Shown here in pieces: positions 35,128 through 46,822 of a stretch of DNA of 64,000 nucleotides. The notes under the pieces are model-generated. The model made no database searches and had not been told where the DNA came from. It saw only the letters and a program-made list of their open reading frames with translations. The stretch's first letter is position 1, and every line of letters begins with the position of its first letter. Both the position numbers and the translations under genes were made by a program. Origin of the DNA: an uncultured Anaerolineae bacterium (GTDB lineage Bacteria; Chloroflexota; Anaerolineae; Aggregatilineales; UBA2796); assembly GCA_938005675.1 (NCBI GenBank), contig CALKXH010000105.1, positions 5,714 to 69,713 of the forward strand, given 5' to 3'.

Positions 35128-35529
35128 ATGTCTGAGCGAAAAATACGGGTTTTGGTGGCTAAGCCGGGCTTGGACGGGCATGATCGCGGCGCCAAGGTGG
35201 TGGCGCGCGCTCTGCGCGATGCCGGCATGGAGGTCATCTACACGGGCTTGCGCCAAACGCCTGAGATGATCGTGGAGGCGGCGCTGCAAGAGGACGTCGA
35301 CGTGATCGGCTTGAGCATCCTCAGCGGCGCGCACATGGCGCTCGTGCCGCGCATCCTAGAGCTGATGAAGGCGCACGATCTGAGCGACGTCAAGCTCGTC
35401 TTGGGCGGCATCGTGCCGGACGAGGATATCCCCGTCCTGCAGCAGATGGGCGTCAGCGGCATCTTCGGACCGGGCAGCGATACGCAAGCGATCATCGATC
35501 ATATTCGCAAGGTGGTCTCGCTTGAGTGA
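35128..35529 (+). CDS. Cobalamin-binding subunit of a methylmalonyl-CoA mutase family enzyme
   Basis: [12 protein letters not shown] (DxHxxG), [33 protein letters not shown]. Confidence 0.95.
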   Translation: MSERKIRVLVAKPGLDGHDRGAKVVARALRDAGMEVIYTGLRQTPEMIVEAALQEDVDVIGLSILSGAHMALVPRILELMKAHDLSDVKLVLGGIVPDEDIPVLQQMGVSGIFGPGSDTQAIIDHIRKVVSLE

Positions 35530-36544
35530 GGTAACAACCCTGCCGCCCATCGTGGCGGCGATCCGAGAGAGCAGGCGCGCCTTAGCCCGCCTGCTGACGC
35601 GCATCGAGAATCGCGCCGCCGCCGCCGAGTTGACGGCGCTGTATCCTTTCGGCGGCAAGGCGCACCTGATCGGCGTGACGGGCGCGCCCGGCACTGGCAA
35701 GAGCAGCCTCGTCAACGCCATGGCGAAGGCGTACCGCGCCGAAGGCAAGACGGTCAGCATCTTGGCGGTCGATCCGACCAGCCCCTTCAGCGGCGGCGCC
35801 GTGCTGGGCGACCGCATCCGAATGCGCGATCTGCACGGCGACGCCGGCGTCTTCATCCGCAGCATGGCGACGCGCGGCAACTTGGGCGGCATCGCCCGCA
35901 CCACGCTGGACATGATCCGCGCCCTAGACGCCGCCGACTTCGATATCGTGCTGATCGAGACCGTCGGCGCCGGGCAGAGCGAGGTCGAGATCGCCTCCGC
36001 CGCCCAGACCGTGATCGTGGTCGAGGCGCCGGGCTTGGGCGACGACGTGCAAGCCATCAAAGCCGGCATCCTCGAAATCGCCGATATCCTCGTGGTGAAC
36101 AAGGCGGATAATCCCGGCGTGGAAAGCACCTTGCGCGCCCTGCGCGCCGCCCTCGATCTGGGGCATCGCGCCGAGCGCATCATGCATCACGGCAAGCTGA
36201 TGACAATCCCAGCCGCGCCCGTCGTTGGCGAAGATTCAGCATGGCAGACGCCCATCGTACAGACCGTCGCCACGGACGGGACGGGCGTGCCAGAGCTGTT
36301 GGCGAAGATCGCCGAACATCGCACCTACCTGCGCGAGAGCGGTGTGCAGCGTCTGCGCGAGCGCGCCAGCCTGAGCGCCGAGATCGAGGAGCGCCTGCGC
36401 GACTTGCTCCTGGCGCGCCTGATCGAGCAAATCGGCGCGGCGCGCCTGCAAGCGACCATCGAGCGCGTCGTAGAGCGCCAAATCGATCCGAACAGCGCGG
36501 CGCAAGCGCTCTTGACAGAGAGTCGGGGCGCTGCCGAGCCGTGA
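35522..36544 (+). CDS. meaB: MeaB/ArgK family GTPase metallochaperone
   Basis: [65 protein letters not shown]. Confidence 0.95.
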   Translation: MSEVTTLPPIVAAIRESRRALARLLTRIENRAAAAELTALYPFGGKAHLIGVTGAPGTGKSSLVNAMAKAYRAEGKTVSILAVDPTSPFSGGAVLGDRIRMRDLHGDAGVFIRSMATRGNLGGIARTTLDMIRALDAADFDIVLIETVGAGQSEVEIASAAQTVIVVEAPGLGDDVQAIKAGILEIADILVVNKADNPGVESTLRALRAALDLGHRAERIMHHGKLMTIPAAPVVGEDSAWQTPIVQTVATDGTGVPELLAKIAEHRTYLRESGVQRLRERASLSAEIEERLRDLLLARLIEQIGAARLQATIERVVERQIDPNSAAQALLTESRGAAEP

Positions 36545-38472
36545 TCGAGCCGCTCCTGAGCGCGGCGTGGCGACGCTGGCGCGAGGCGCGCGCCTATCGC
36601 GCCTTGCCGCTGCTCGCCCTCCTCTTGGCGGCGCTGCTGCGCTTCCACGCGCTGGACGGGCAATCGCTCTGGAACGACGAGGGCAACACGCTGCGCTTGA
36701 TTCAGCGCGACGTGCCCGCCCTCTTGGAGGCTGCCCGCCGCGATATCCATCCGCCGCTTTACTACTTGCTCCTGAAGGGGTGGGGGGCTCTCACGGGCGA
36801 GAGCGAGTTCGCTTTGCGGGCTTTCTCGGCGTTGTGCGGCGTGCTGAGCGTCGCCTGCGCCTATGCGCTCGGCGCGGCGCTCTTCGCGCGCGGAGTCGGC
36901 ATGGTGGCGGCGTTCCTGAGCGCGCTGAACACCTTCAGCCTGTACTACAGCCAAGAGGCGCGCATGTACGCGCTGATGGCGCTGATCGCGGCGCTTGCCA
37001 TGCTGTGCTTCGTGAGATGGCTCGACTCGCGCCGCGCCGCGCCGCTGATCGGCATGGCGCTCCTCAACGCGGCGGGACTCTACACGCATTACGCCTACCC
37101 ATTGACTATGGCGGCTCAGGGCGCGCTGTTCGCGCTGTGGCTCATGGCGCGCCGCGAGGGGCGGACGCTCGGCGCCTACCTCGCTGCGAATGCCCTGACC
37201 GTCGCGCTCTTCCTGCCTCAGCTGCCGACGGCGCTCGCTCAGCTGGGCGGCTGGAGTCAAGCGAGCCGCGAGAGCCTCCCGCTGATCGGTCAGCTGGAGC
37301 GAATCGGGACGTGGCTGCTCTACGGCAACACCTTTGAGCGCCCGAATCAAGGGCTCGTCCTTTTGACGCTGTTCAGCGCGCTGCTGGGCGCGAGTCTGGG
37401 CGATTGGCTGCGCCGCTCGCCGCGCAAGGCGCCTTTGTGGTGGCGGCGCGCCCTCCCCGCGCTGTGGCTGCTGATCGGGATCGGCGCCTTCCTCGCCCTC
37501 GATCTCTACCGCGCTGAGAACCTGAAATTCCTGCTGCCGCTGCAGATCGCGGCGGCGCTGCTGGTCGGGCGGGGCATCTGGCTGCTGTGGGAGCTCGGCT
37601 CGCCGAACCTCGTGGCGTGGCAGGAGGCGATCCCGCGCCTGATCGCGGTCTTGCTGAGCTACGGTTTGCTCAGCGCGGCGAGCGAGGGCGTTCAGGCGCT
37701 CTACAACGACTCGGCTTACGCGCGGAGCGATTATCGCGGCGCGGCGGCGTACATCGCGCGGGAGGGGCGAGCGGGCGACGCGATTTTGCTGAGCGCGCCC
37801 AATCAGATCGAGGTCTTCACCTACTACTACAGGGGCGAGTTGCCGATCTACGGCGTGCCAGAGGGCTTGGGCGGCGACGACTCGGCGACGGCGCGCCAAA
37901 CTGAGGCGATTCTAGCGGCGCATCGGCGCATTTTTGCCCTCTTCTGGGGCGAGCTGGAGCGCGATCCACGCCGCGCGGTGGAGCGAGTCCTGAGCGAAGG
38001 CGCCTTCGAGATCGACACGGCGTGGTTCGGCGATGTGCGCCTCGTGCGTTACGCCGTGCTGGGCGAGCTGGGCGCGCCGCGCCCGATTCAGGCGCGTTTC
38101 GGCGAGGCGATCACGCTGATCGAGGTCGCCCTGAGCGCCGAGCGCCTCGCGGCGGGCGATGTGCTGGGCGTCTCGCTGCTCTGGCAGACCGATCAGCCCT
38201 TGACGCGGCGCTATCGCGTCTCGGTGCAGCTGCTCGACCAGTTCGGGCGGCTGGCAGCGCAGCGCGATGCCGAGCCGAACAACAACATGAGCCTCACCAC
38301 GCTCTGGCAGCCCGACGTCCCCGTGCGCGATACGCACGGCGTGATCATCGCGCCGAACCTCCCGCGCGGGCGCTATCAGCTGATCGTGGTGCTATACAGC
38401 TTGGAGGACGGCGTCCGCTTGCCCGTCGCGGGCGGCGATGCGCTGCCGATTGGCACAATCGAGATCGAATGA
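36541..38472 (+). CDS. Glycosyltransferase family 39 / PMT_2-like membrane protein
   Basis: LRFHALDGQSLWNDE, DIHPPLYYLLL, EFALRAFS, YYSQEARMY, GLYTHY, C-terminal soluble domain. GTG start overlaps the meaB stop (GTGA). Confidence 0.88.
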   Translation: MIEPLLSAAWRRWREARAYRALPLLALLLAALLRFHALDGQSLWNDEGNTLRLIQRDVPALLEAARRDIHPPLYYLLLKGWGALTGESEFALRAFSALCGVLSVACAYALGAALFARGVGMVAAFLSALNTFSLYYSQEARMYALMALIAALAMLCFVRWLDSRRAAPLIGMALLNAAGLYTHYAYPLTMAAQGALFALWLMARREGRTLGAYLAANALTVALFLPQLPTALAQLGGWSQASRESLPLIGQLERIGTWLLYGNTFERPNQGLVLLTLFSALLGASLGDWLRRSPRKAPLWWRRALPALWLLIGIGAFLALDLYRAENLKFLLPLQIAAALLVGRGIWLLWELGSPNLVAWQEAIPRLIAVLLSYGLLSAASEGVQALYNDSAYARSDYRGAAAYIAREGRAGDAILLSAPNQIEVFTYYYRGELPIYGVPEGLGGDDSATARQTEAILAAHRRIFALFWGELERDPRRAVERVLSEGAFEIDTAWFGDVRLVRYAVLGELGAPRPIQARFGEAITLIEVALSAERLAAGDVLGVSLLWQTDQPLTRRYRVSVQLLDQFGRLAAQRDAEPNNNMSLTTLWQPDVPVRDTHGVIIAPNLPRGRYQLIVVLYSLEDGVRLPVAGGDALPIGTIEIE

Positions 38473-38475
38473 GCG

Positions 38476-39927
<1,452 letters not shown>

Positions 39928-40054
39928 ATCTTGAGACTCCGTCCATGCGGTTTGGCTTGCATTCCCTCTGATCATAACCGAAGGCGCGCCAGACGCCGAT
40001 TCTTAGGCTTAGCGCCCAGAATCTGTTATAAACAATCAGAAAATTCAACAGGAG

Positions 40055-41581
40055 GTGAGATTGGCGGTTGAACTGCTCTTGCTGGTGGTGGCGGCGCTCC
40101 TGCTGTTGAGCATCCTCGCCAGCAAGGCGGCGGGCTGGCTGGGCGTGCCGTCGCTGTTGCTCTTTCTGCTCTTGGGCATGTTGGCGGGCAGCGAGGGGAT
40201 CGGCGGCATCGCTTTTGACGACGCCGGGCTGGCGCAGGCGATTGGCGTGATCTCGCTGGCGCTGATCCTGTTCGCCGGCGGCTTGGAGACCGATTGGAAC
40301 GTCGTCAAGCCGACGCTGCGCAGCGGCTTATCTTTGGCGACGCTAGGCGTAGTCATCACGGCGGTGCTGGTCGGCTTTTTTGCGCACGCCTTCCTGAATT
40401 TCGGCTTGCTGGAGGGCTTGCTGCTGGGCGCGATCCTCTCCTCAACCGACGCGGCGGCGGTCTTCGCCGTGCTGCGCGGACGCAGCGTGCATCTGCGCGG
40501 CAAGCTTGAGCCGCTCTTAGAGCTGGAGGCGGGCAGCAACGATCCGATGGCGGTCTTCTTGACCATCGCCCTGACCAGTCTGGTGGCGCAGCCCGTCCAG
40601 CCGCTCCTTTCGCTGGTGATCTTCTTCTTCCAGCAGCTGATTCTGGGCGTGGCGGGCGGCAGCCTGATCGGGCTGCTGAGCTTATGGCTGCTCAACCGCC
40701 TGCGCCTTGAGTACGACGGCTTGTATCCCGTCCTGACCCTCGCCCTCGCCCTGCTGACCTACGGCGTGACGGCGACTCTGGGCGGCAGCGGCTTTTTGGC
40801 GGTCTATTTGGCGGGGCTGCTGCTGGGCAACCGCGATTTCATCCATAAAAAGAGCCTGACGCGCTTCCACGACGGCGTGGCGTGGCTGATGCAGATCAGC
40901 ATGTTCCTCTCGCTGGGCTTGCTGGTGACGCCCTCGCGCCTGATCGCAATGGCGGGCATGGGCTTGATCATCGCGCTCTTCCTGATGCTGGTGGCGCGTC
41001 CGTTCAGCGCTCTGGCGGCGCTGCTGTTCTCGCGCTTCAGCCTGCGCGAGCGCCTGATGGTCGGTTGGGTGGGCTTGCGCGGCGCCGCCCCAATCGTCTT
41101 GGCGACTTTCCCGCTCTTGGCGGGCTTGCCCAAGGCGGAGATGCTCTTCAATCTGGTCTTTTTCGCCGTCCTCGCCTCAGTCTTGCTGCAAGGTCCAACC
41201 ATCATACCCATCGCGCGCGCGCTGGGCGTCGAGGCGCCGCCGACGCGCCGCCCGCCCGCCCCGGAGATACCCCTCAAAGAGGCGCTCGTCGAGGTCATCT
41301 TGCCGCCCGACTCGGCTGCTGTCGGGCGGCAACTGCTGGACGTCGGCTTGCCCAGCGGGGTGCTGGTCGTGCTGATCGGGCGCGACGGACAGACCTTCGT
41401 GCCGAGCGGCAGCACTACCCTAGCCGCCCGCGATAAGCTCCTGCTGATCAGCGCGTCGGAGGATCGGCAGCGCTTGGCGCAAGTCTGCGCCATGCTCACC
41501 CTGCCCGCCCAAACCCAAAGTGACGAGCCCTATCAGCCGCAGCCCGCCCCTGAGCCGATCTCCGAGCGCGAACCCGCCTGA
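40055..41581 (+). CDS. Potassium/proton antiporter (CPA1, CvrA/NhaP2-like) with TrkA_C domain
   Basis: [58 protein letters not shown]-terminal RCK_C-like region. Confidence 0.92.
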   Translation: MRLAVELLLLVVAALLLLSILASKAAGWLGVPSLLLFLLLGMLAGSEGIGGIAFDDAGLAQAIGVISLALILFAGGLETDWNVVKPTLRSGLSLATLGVVITAVLVGFFAHAFLNFGLLEGLLLGAILSSTDAAAVFAVLRGRSVHLRGKLEPLLELEAGSNDPMAVFLTIALTSLVAQPVQPLLSLVIFFFQQLILGVAGGSLIGLLSLWLLNRLRLEYDGLYPVLTLALALLTYGVTATLGGSGFLAVYLAGLLLGNRDFIHKKSLTRFHDGVAWLMQISMFLSLGLLVTPSRLIAMAGMGLIIALFLMLVARPFSALAALLFSRFSLRERLMVGWVGLRGAAPIVLATFPLLAGLPKAEMLFNLVFFAVLASVLLQGPTIIPIARALGVEAPPTRRPPAPEIPLKEALVEVILPPDSAAVGRQLLDVGLPSGVLVVLIGRDGQTFVPSGSTTLAARDKLLLISASEDRQRLAQVCAMLTLPAQTQSDEPYQPQPAPEPISEREPA

Positions 41582-41650
41582 GTGCGCTTTCGGGCAAAGC
41601 ATGGTAGCATTGACGCCAATCGGCAAGGGATTGTACGCACACAAAAGCTG

Positions 41651-44335
41651 ATGAGCGCATCGCCAAACGCAACGACCGACCTGCAAGCTGCGCTCAGCGC
41701 CGATATTCGGCTGCTGGGCGGCTTGTTAGGTGAGATCATCCGTGAGCAGCACGGCGAGGAAGCCCTCGCGCTGGTGGAGCGCGTGCGCGCCGAGTGCCGC
41801 GCCCGTCGCGCCGAGCCGCACAATCCGCAGCACACCGCCAACCTGCGGGCGACCATCGCCGCGCTCGATCTGAGCGCCAAAGAGGTGCTGATCAAGGCGT
41901 TCAGCAACTACTTCCAGCTGATCAACATCGCTGAAGATCAGCAGCGCCTGCGCGTGCTGCGCCAACGTGAGCGCGACGATCAGCTCGAAGAATCCATCCA
42001 AGCCGCCCTGCGCGATCTGCGCGCCGCCGGCGTCACGGCGGAGCAGCTGCGCGCCGCCCTCGATCAGGTCTGCATCCGCCTCGTCCTCACAGCGCACCCC
42101 TCTGAGGCGAAGCGCAAGGAGGTCTTGCTCAAGCAGCGGCACATCGCCCAATGGCTCGCCCAGCACGACCGCGCCTCGCTCCTACCGCGCGAGCGCCGCG
42201 CCGTCTTGCGCGCCATCTCGGAGGAGATCGAGGAACTCTGGCAGACCCGCCCGACCCGCGCCGCGCGCGCCACTGTCGCCGATGAAGTCAACTTCGGCGT
42301 CTATTTCCTGACCTCGACTCTGATCGACCTGCTGCCCGAAGTCTACGCCGAACTGCAGGAGGCGCTCCAGACGCACTATCCTGAGGCGGATTGGGATGAA
42401 TTGCCGCCGCTGCTGCGCTACGCCTCGTGGATCGGCGGCGACCGCGACGGCAACCCGAACGTGACCGCCGACGTGACCCTTGAAAGCCTCGCCACCATGC
42501 GCGCAGCCGCCCGCGAGCTATACCTGCGCGAGATCGCCTTCCTGCGCGAGCACCTGACTCAGTCAACCGACCTAGTGGGCGTCTCGGAGGCGCTGCGCAA
42601 CGCCCTGCCCAACGCCCACGCCCACGCCAAGTATCCCAACGAGCTGTATCGGCAATACCTCGACGTGATCCACACGCGCCTGAGCAACGATTATTACGCC
42701 ACAACCGCCGATCTGCTCAGCGACCTGCGCCTGATCGAGCGCAGCCTGCGCGAGAATCGCGGGACGCACGTGGCGAACGGCGCTGTGCGCACCCTCATCC
42801 AGAAGGTGCGGCTGTTCGGCTTGCACCTCGCCCCGTTGGATATCCGCGAGGATGCGCGGCGCTTCAGCGCGGCACTGGGCGAGCTGTTCCGCGCCTACGG
42901 CGTCTGCGAGGACTTCGCCGCCCTGCCTGAAGCCGAGCGCCAAGCCCTCCTCACCCGCGAGATCGCCAACTCGCGCCCGCTCTTCCCCGCCGAGCCGCGC
43001 TTCTCCGCCGCTACGGAGCAAGTCATCGCCATGTGGCGCATGATCGCGCGCGCTCATCGGCGCTACGGCAGAGATTGCATCGATACCGTCATCGCCAGCA
43101 TGACTCAGCACGCCAGCGATGTGCTGGGCATGTTGCTGTTCGCCTGCGAGGTCGGCGTCGGGGATCACGTCGACCTCGTGCCGCTCTTCGAGACGGTCGA
43201 AGACCTGAACGCCGCGCCGCGCATCATGAGCGAGCTGTTTGAGAATCCCGCCTACCGCGCACACCTCGCTAGGCGCGGACAGCGCCAACAGATCATGATT
43301 GGTTACTCGGATAGCAACAAAGATGGCGGCTATCTCGCCTCGAACTGGAGTCTGTACACGGCGCAAGAGCGCTTGGCGGCGGTCTGTGGGGCACACGGCG
43401 TGCAGCTGGAGCTCTTTCACGGGCGCGGCGGCAGCATCGGGCGCGGCGGCGGCCCGACCAACAGCGCGATCCTCTCGGCGCCAGTCGGCACGCTGCACGG
43501 ACGCATCAAGATCACTGAGCAGGGCGAGGTGATCGCCTACCGCTACAGCAATCCCGCCATCGGCAGGCGCCACCTACATCAGGTGCTGAACGCCGTGCTG
43601 CTCGCCTACAGCGCCCCGCATCACGCGCCCCCGCGCGAGGCGTGGCGCGCCGCCATGCAGGTCTTGGCGGCTGAGGGCGAGCGAGCCTACCGCGCCCTCG
43701 TTTATGAGACGGAGGGCTTCCTCGATTATTGGCAGCACGCCACGCCGATTGACGAACTCTCGAACTTGCCGATCAGCTCGCGCCCCGCCAAGCGGCGCGA
43801 TGGCGGTTTTGGCGGCTTGCGCGCCATCCCGTGGGTGTTCTCGTGGATGCAGTGCCGCGCCATCATCCCGAGTTGGTACGGCGTGGGCTACGCGCTGGAA
43901 GTTTTCGCCGAGCAGGGCGATGAGGCGCTGCTGCGCGAGATGTACGACGGCTGGCGCTTCTTTCGGACGCTGATCGCCAACGTCGAACTCGATCTGGCGA
44001 AGGCGGATATGGATATCGCCGCCCTGTACGCCGATTTAGTGCCCGATGAGGCGCTGCGCAAGCGCATCTTCAGCCGCATTCACGAGGAACACGCCCGCGC
44101 CTGCCGCCTGATCTGCCGCATCACTGGGCAGAGCGAGCTGCTGGAGAAAGCGCCCGTCATGCAGCGCTCCATCGCGCGGCGCAATCCCTACGTCGATCCG
44201 CTCAATTTCATTCAGGTGGAGCTGCTGCGCGAGTTACGCCGCCTGCCTGAGAGCGATCCGCGCCGCGCCGCGCTCATGGAGGCAGTCCTAGCCACTGTGA
44301 ACGGCATCGCCGCCGGCATGAAGACCACCGGCTGA
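41651..44335 (+). CDS. ppc: Phosphoenolpyruvate carboxylase (bacterial type)
   Basis: VLTAHPSE, WIGGDRDGNP, VPLFET, MIGYSDSNKDGG, FHGRGGSIGRGGGP, LRAIPWVFSW. Confidence 0.98.
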   Translation: MSASPNATTDLQAALSADIRLLGGLLGEIIREQHGEEALALVERVRAECRARRAEPHNPQHTANLRATIAALDLSAKEVLIKAFSNYFQLINIAEDQQRLRVLRQRERDDQLEESIQAALRDLRAAGVTAEQLRAALDQVCIRLVLTAHPSEAKRKEVLLKQRHIAQWLAQHDRASLLPRERRAVLRAISEEIEELWQTRPTRAARATVADEVNFGVYFLTSTLIDLLPEVYAELQEALQTHYPEADWDELPPLLRYASWIGGDRDGNPNVTADVTLESLATMRAAARELYLREIAFLREHLTQSTDLVGVSEALRNALPNAHAHAKYPNELYRQYLDVIHTRLSNDYYATTADLLSDLRLIERSLRENRGTHVANGAVRTLIQKVRLFGLHLAPLDIREDARRFSAALGELFRAYGVCEDFAALPEAERQALLTREIANSRPLFPAEPRFSAATEQVIAMWRMIARAHRRYGRDCIDTVIASMTQHASDVLGMLLFACEVGVGDHVDLVPLFETVEDLNAAPRIMSELFENPAYRAHLARRGQRQQIMIGYSDSNKDGGYLASNWSLYTAQERLAAVCGAHGVQLELFHGRGGSIGRGGGPTNSAILSAPVGTLHGRIKITEQGEVIAYRYSNPAIGRRHLHQVLNAVLLAYSAPHHAPPREAWRAAMQVLAAEGERAYRALVYETEGFLDYWQHATPIDELSNLPISSRPAKRRDGGFGGLRAIPWVFSWMQCRAIIPSWYGVGYALEVFAEQGDEALLREMYDGWRFFRTLIANVELDLAKADMDIAALYADLVPDEALRKRIFSRIHEEHARACRLICRITGQSELLEKAPVMQRSIARRNPYVDPLNFIQVELLRELRRLPESDPRRAALMEAVLATVNGIAAGMKTTG

Positions 44336-45630
44336 TGAAAAGAGCGCTGAACTACTTGCCGAGCTTGCTCTTGGCGCTCAGCTTGGCGTACGTGACCTAC
44401 GAAGGCGGTGCGTGGCGCGGCGTGATGAGCATGACCGTCGCGCCGCGCACGCTTTGGCTGTTGGCGGGGCTGATCGGGGCGTGGCTTGCCTGGCGGACGG
44501 CGCGGCGCTGCGCGTGGGAGCGCACCGCCCTAGACCTCGCCATGCCGCTGTGGATCGCCGCCTTCGCGGTCTCCACGTTGGGCAACTTTGAGAAGTTGCC
44601 GCGCATCGGCTACGGACTGTGGTTCGCGGCGCTGTACATCGCGCTGTGGTATACCTTGCACGATGTAGCGCGCCACGCGACGGGGCGATTGGGCGTGGTG
44701 GATGCGCTCCTGATCAGCGCTGTGTTGCCGCTGCTGACGGGCTTGCGGCAGGTCGGGCTGCCGCGCGTGGATCGCATCGCAGGCAGCCTTGAGAATCCGA
44801 ACATCCTCGCCGCCTTTCTAGTGCTGGTGACTCCGCTCGCTGTAGCGCGCTTCCTCGCGCCGCCGAGCGGGATAGGGGCGCTCCGCCGCGCCGTGTTGGG
44901 CGCTCTCGCTGTCGGACTATGCGTCGCCATCTACCTGACGGGCAGTCGCGGGGCGTGGCTGGGCATGATCGCAGCGGCGGCGGTCGGGGCGTGGGCGTGG
45001 CATGGCGGGCGGATTCGAGCGGCGTGGCTGATCGCAGGCGTGACGCCGATTTTGGTGATCGTCGGGCTGCTCTTGATCACAACGCGCAGCGATGAGCCGC
45101 GACTGGGCTTATATCGCCAAGCCTTGGATTACCTCGCTGCGCAGCCGCTGAGCGGCAACGGCTTGTTCACCGCCAAGTTCTATCAACCGCTGGTGAAGCG
45201 TCCCGGCTTCGTGCTGCTGCACATTCACGCCCACAACGCGCCGCTGCACGTGGCGGCGGAGCTGGGTTTGCTGGGCGTGGCGGCGCTGGGCGCCACCACC
45301 CTGCTGACCATGCGCGGCGCGATCATCGGTTGGCGGAGTGCCATCGGCGCGGAGCGGACGCTGCGCGCGGGCGCGCTGGCTGCTTTGGCGGGCTTCGGGG
45401 CGCACCACATGGTGGACTTCCCCGTGATCAATCCGGCGGTCTCGGTCACGCTGATCGCAGTCTTGGTGGTGGCGCTGCTGCCCGAAGCGCCGCAAACGCG
45501 CCCGCGCGGACAAACGCTTCAGACTGTGCTGCTGAGCGCGCTGTGGCTGAGCCTGATCGTCATCGGACAGCTCAACTTGGCGACGGTCTGGGAGGGGGTG
45601 CGCAATGCGGTCAATCGAGGCATCCCCTAG
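44335..45630 (+). CDS. O-antigen ligase / O-oligosaccharyltransferase family (Wzy_C) membrane protein
   Basis: RIAGSLENPNILAAFL, LTGSRGAWL, PRLGLY, GNGLFT, HAHNAPLHVAAELGLLG. TGATG overlap with ppc. Confidence 0.85.
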   Translation: MKRALNYLPSLLLALSLAYVTYEGGAWRGVMSMTVAPRTLWLLAGLIGAWLAWRTARRCAWERTALDLAMPLWIAAFAVSTLGNFEKLPRIGYGLWFAALYIALWYTLHDVARHATGRLGVVDALLISAVLPLLTGLRQVGLPRVDRIAGSLENPNILAAFLVLVTPLAVARFLAPPSGIGALRRAVLGALAVGLCVAIYLTGSRGAWLGMIAAAAVGAWAWHGGRIRAAWLIAGVTPILVIVGLLLITTRSDEPRLGLYRQALDYLAAQPLSGNGLFTAKFYQPLVKRPGFVLLHIHAHNAPLHVAAELGLLGVAALGATTLLTMRGAIIGWRSAIGAERTLRAGALAALAGFGAHHMVDFPVINPAVSVTLIAVLVVALLPEAPQTRPRGQTLQTVLLSALWLSLIVIGQLNLATVWEGVRNAVNRGIP

Positions 45631-46643
45631 CGCCGATACTCGTCGCCGCAATCGCCGATCAGGCTGAAGAGGTCGCGCCCTTGCGCCGAGATCGCCTCAA
45701 TCCGCGCCCGATCTTCGGAGTCTAGCGCAAAGCTGAAGCAACGGGCGCTCTCGGCGCGATGCTCGGCGATGCCCAGCCGTGCGCCGATGATCACGCCCGC
45801 CACGGCGGGCTTCTCCAGCACGTAGCGCACGGCGACGTTAGCGATGTTGACCGCGTGCTTATCGGCGATGGCGCGCAACTCGCGCAGGAGCGCCTGAAAG
45901 AGCCTCCAGCCGCCCCACAAGTCGATCATCTGCTTGTACTTGCGCAGCGAGGCGGTGTTCAGCTGGGCGGCGCTCGGCTCAGGCGCGCCCAGATAGCGGT
46001 CGGTCAGCAAGCCGCCGCAGAGCGTGCCGTAGGTCAGCAGCCAGACGTTGTGCGCGGCGCAGAAGGCGCTCAGTTGAACCTCCGGGCGGCGGTCGATGAT
46101 CGAGTACTGCACTTGGTTGGAGACAATCGGCACGCCGCTCTCAAGGATGCGCTCCAAGTGCGGCGTATCGAAGTTGGTGAGCGCCACGTGGCGCAGCTTG
46201 CCCGCCGCGCGCAGGTCGGCGAGGTGCTTGAGGGCATCGAGGTAGCGCCCATCGCGGTACTCCCACCAGTGAAACTGCAGCAAGTCCAGCTGATCGGTCT
46301 GCATACGGCTGCGCGAGCGGTCGACGGCTGCCTCCACCACCGCGCGGGACATAGGGGCGGGGCGCGGCACCCACTTGGTGAAGGCTTGCAGCTGGGCGAG
46401 GGCTGCTTCGCCGCCTTCGGCGCGCAGCCGCTGCCGAAAAGCGCCGATGAAGTCCTCAGCGGGACCGTAATGATCCGCCAAATCCCACGTGGTGAAGCCC
46501 GCGGCGTGGTAGCGCGGCATCTCGGCGAGGGCGCGGCTCGGCTCGATGGCGCCGTGCGCGCCGCTGAGCTGCCACAAGCCGTTCAGCAGGCGGCAGATGC
46601 GCAGATCGGGCGTGAAGGCTAAGTAGGCTGAGTCGGGCAGCAT
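45627..46643 (-). CDS. Aldo/keto reductase
   Basis: GFTTWDLADHYGPAE, TKW, DQLDLLQFHWW, KLRHVALTNF, SNQVQYS, GVIIGAR. Confidence 0.92.
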   Translation of the reverse strand: MLPDSAYLAFTPDLRICRLLNGLWQLSGAHGAIEPSRALAEMPRYHAAGFTTWDLADHYGPAEDFIGAFRQRLRAEGGEAALAQLQAFTKWVPRPAPMSRAVVEAAVDRSRSRMQTDQLDLLQFHWWEYRDGRYLDALKHLADLRAAGKLRHVALTNFDTPHLERILESGVPIVSNQVQYSIIDRRPEVQLSAFCAAHNVWLLTYGTLCGGLLTDRYLGAPEPSAAQLNTASLRKYKQMIDLWGGWRLFQALLRELRAIADKHAVNIANVAVRYVLEKPAVAGVIIGARLGIAEHRAESARCFSFALDSEDRARIEAISAQGRDLFSLIGDCGDEYRR

Positions 46644-46822
46644 GGATCATCCTGAGCGGTTGAAGCACTAGGCAGATTATTTGCCCAAAACGCCCGACTT
46701 GCCAAGCGCTCGGCAAGTTGCGCACTGGGATGCTTAGGGTACAATCTAGCCTTAGGAGCGGCTGCCAGCGTGCGCTGCAGCACAGAGAGGCGCTTTCCCA
46801 GACAGAAAGGTCGGTTTTGCGT

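Noticed and set aside
45627-45630. Convergent genes sharing a CTAG double stop
   Set aside because: A common compact arrangement with no evidence of function.
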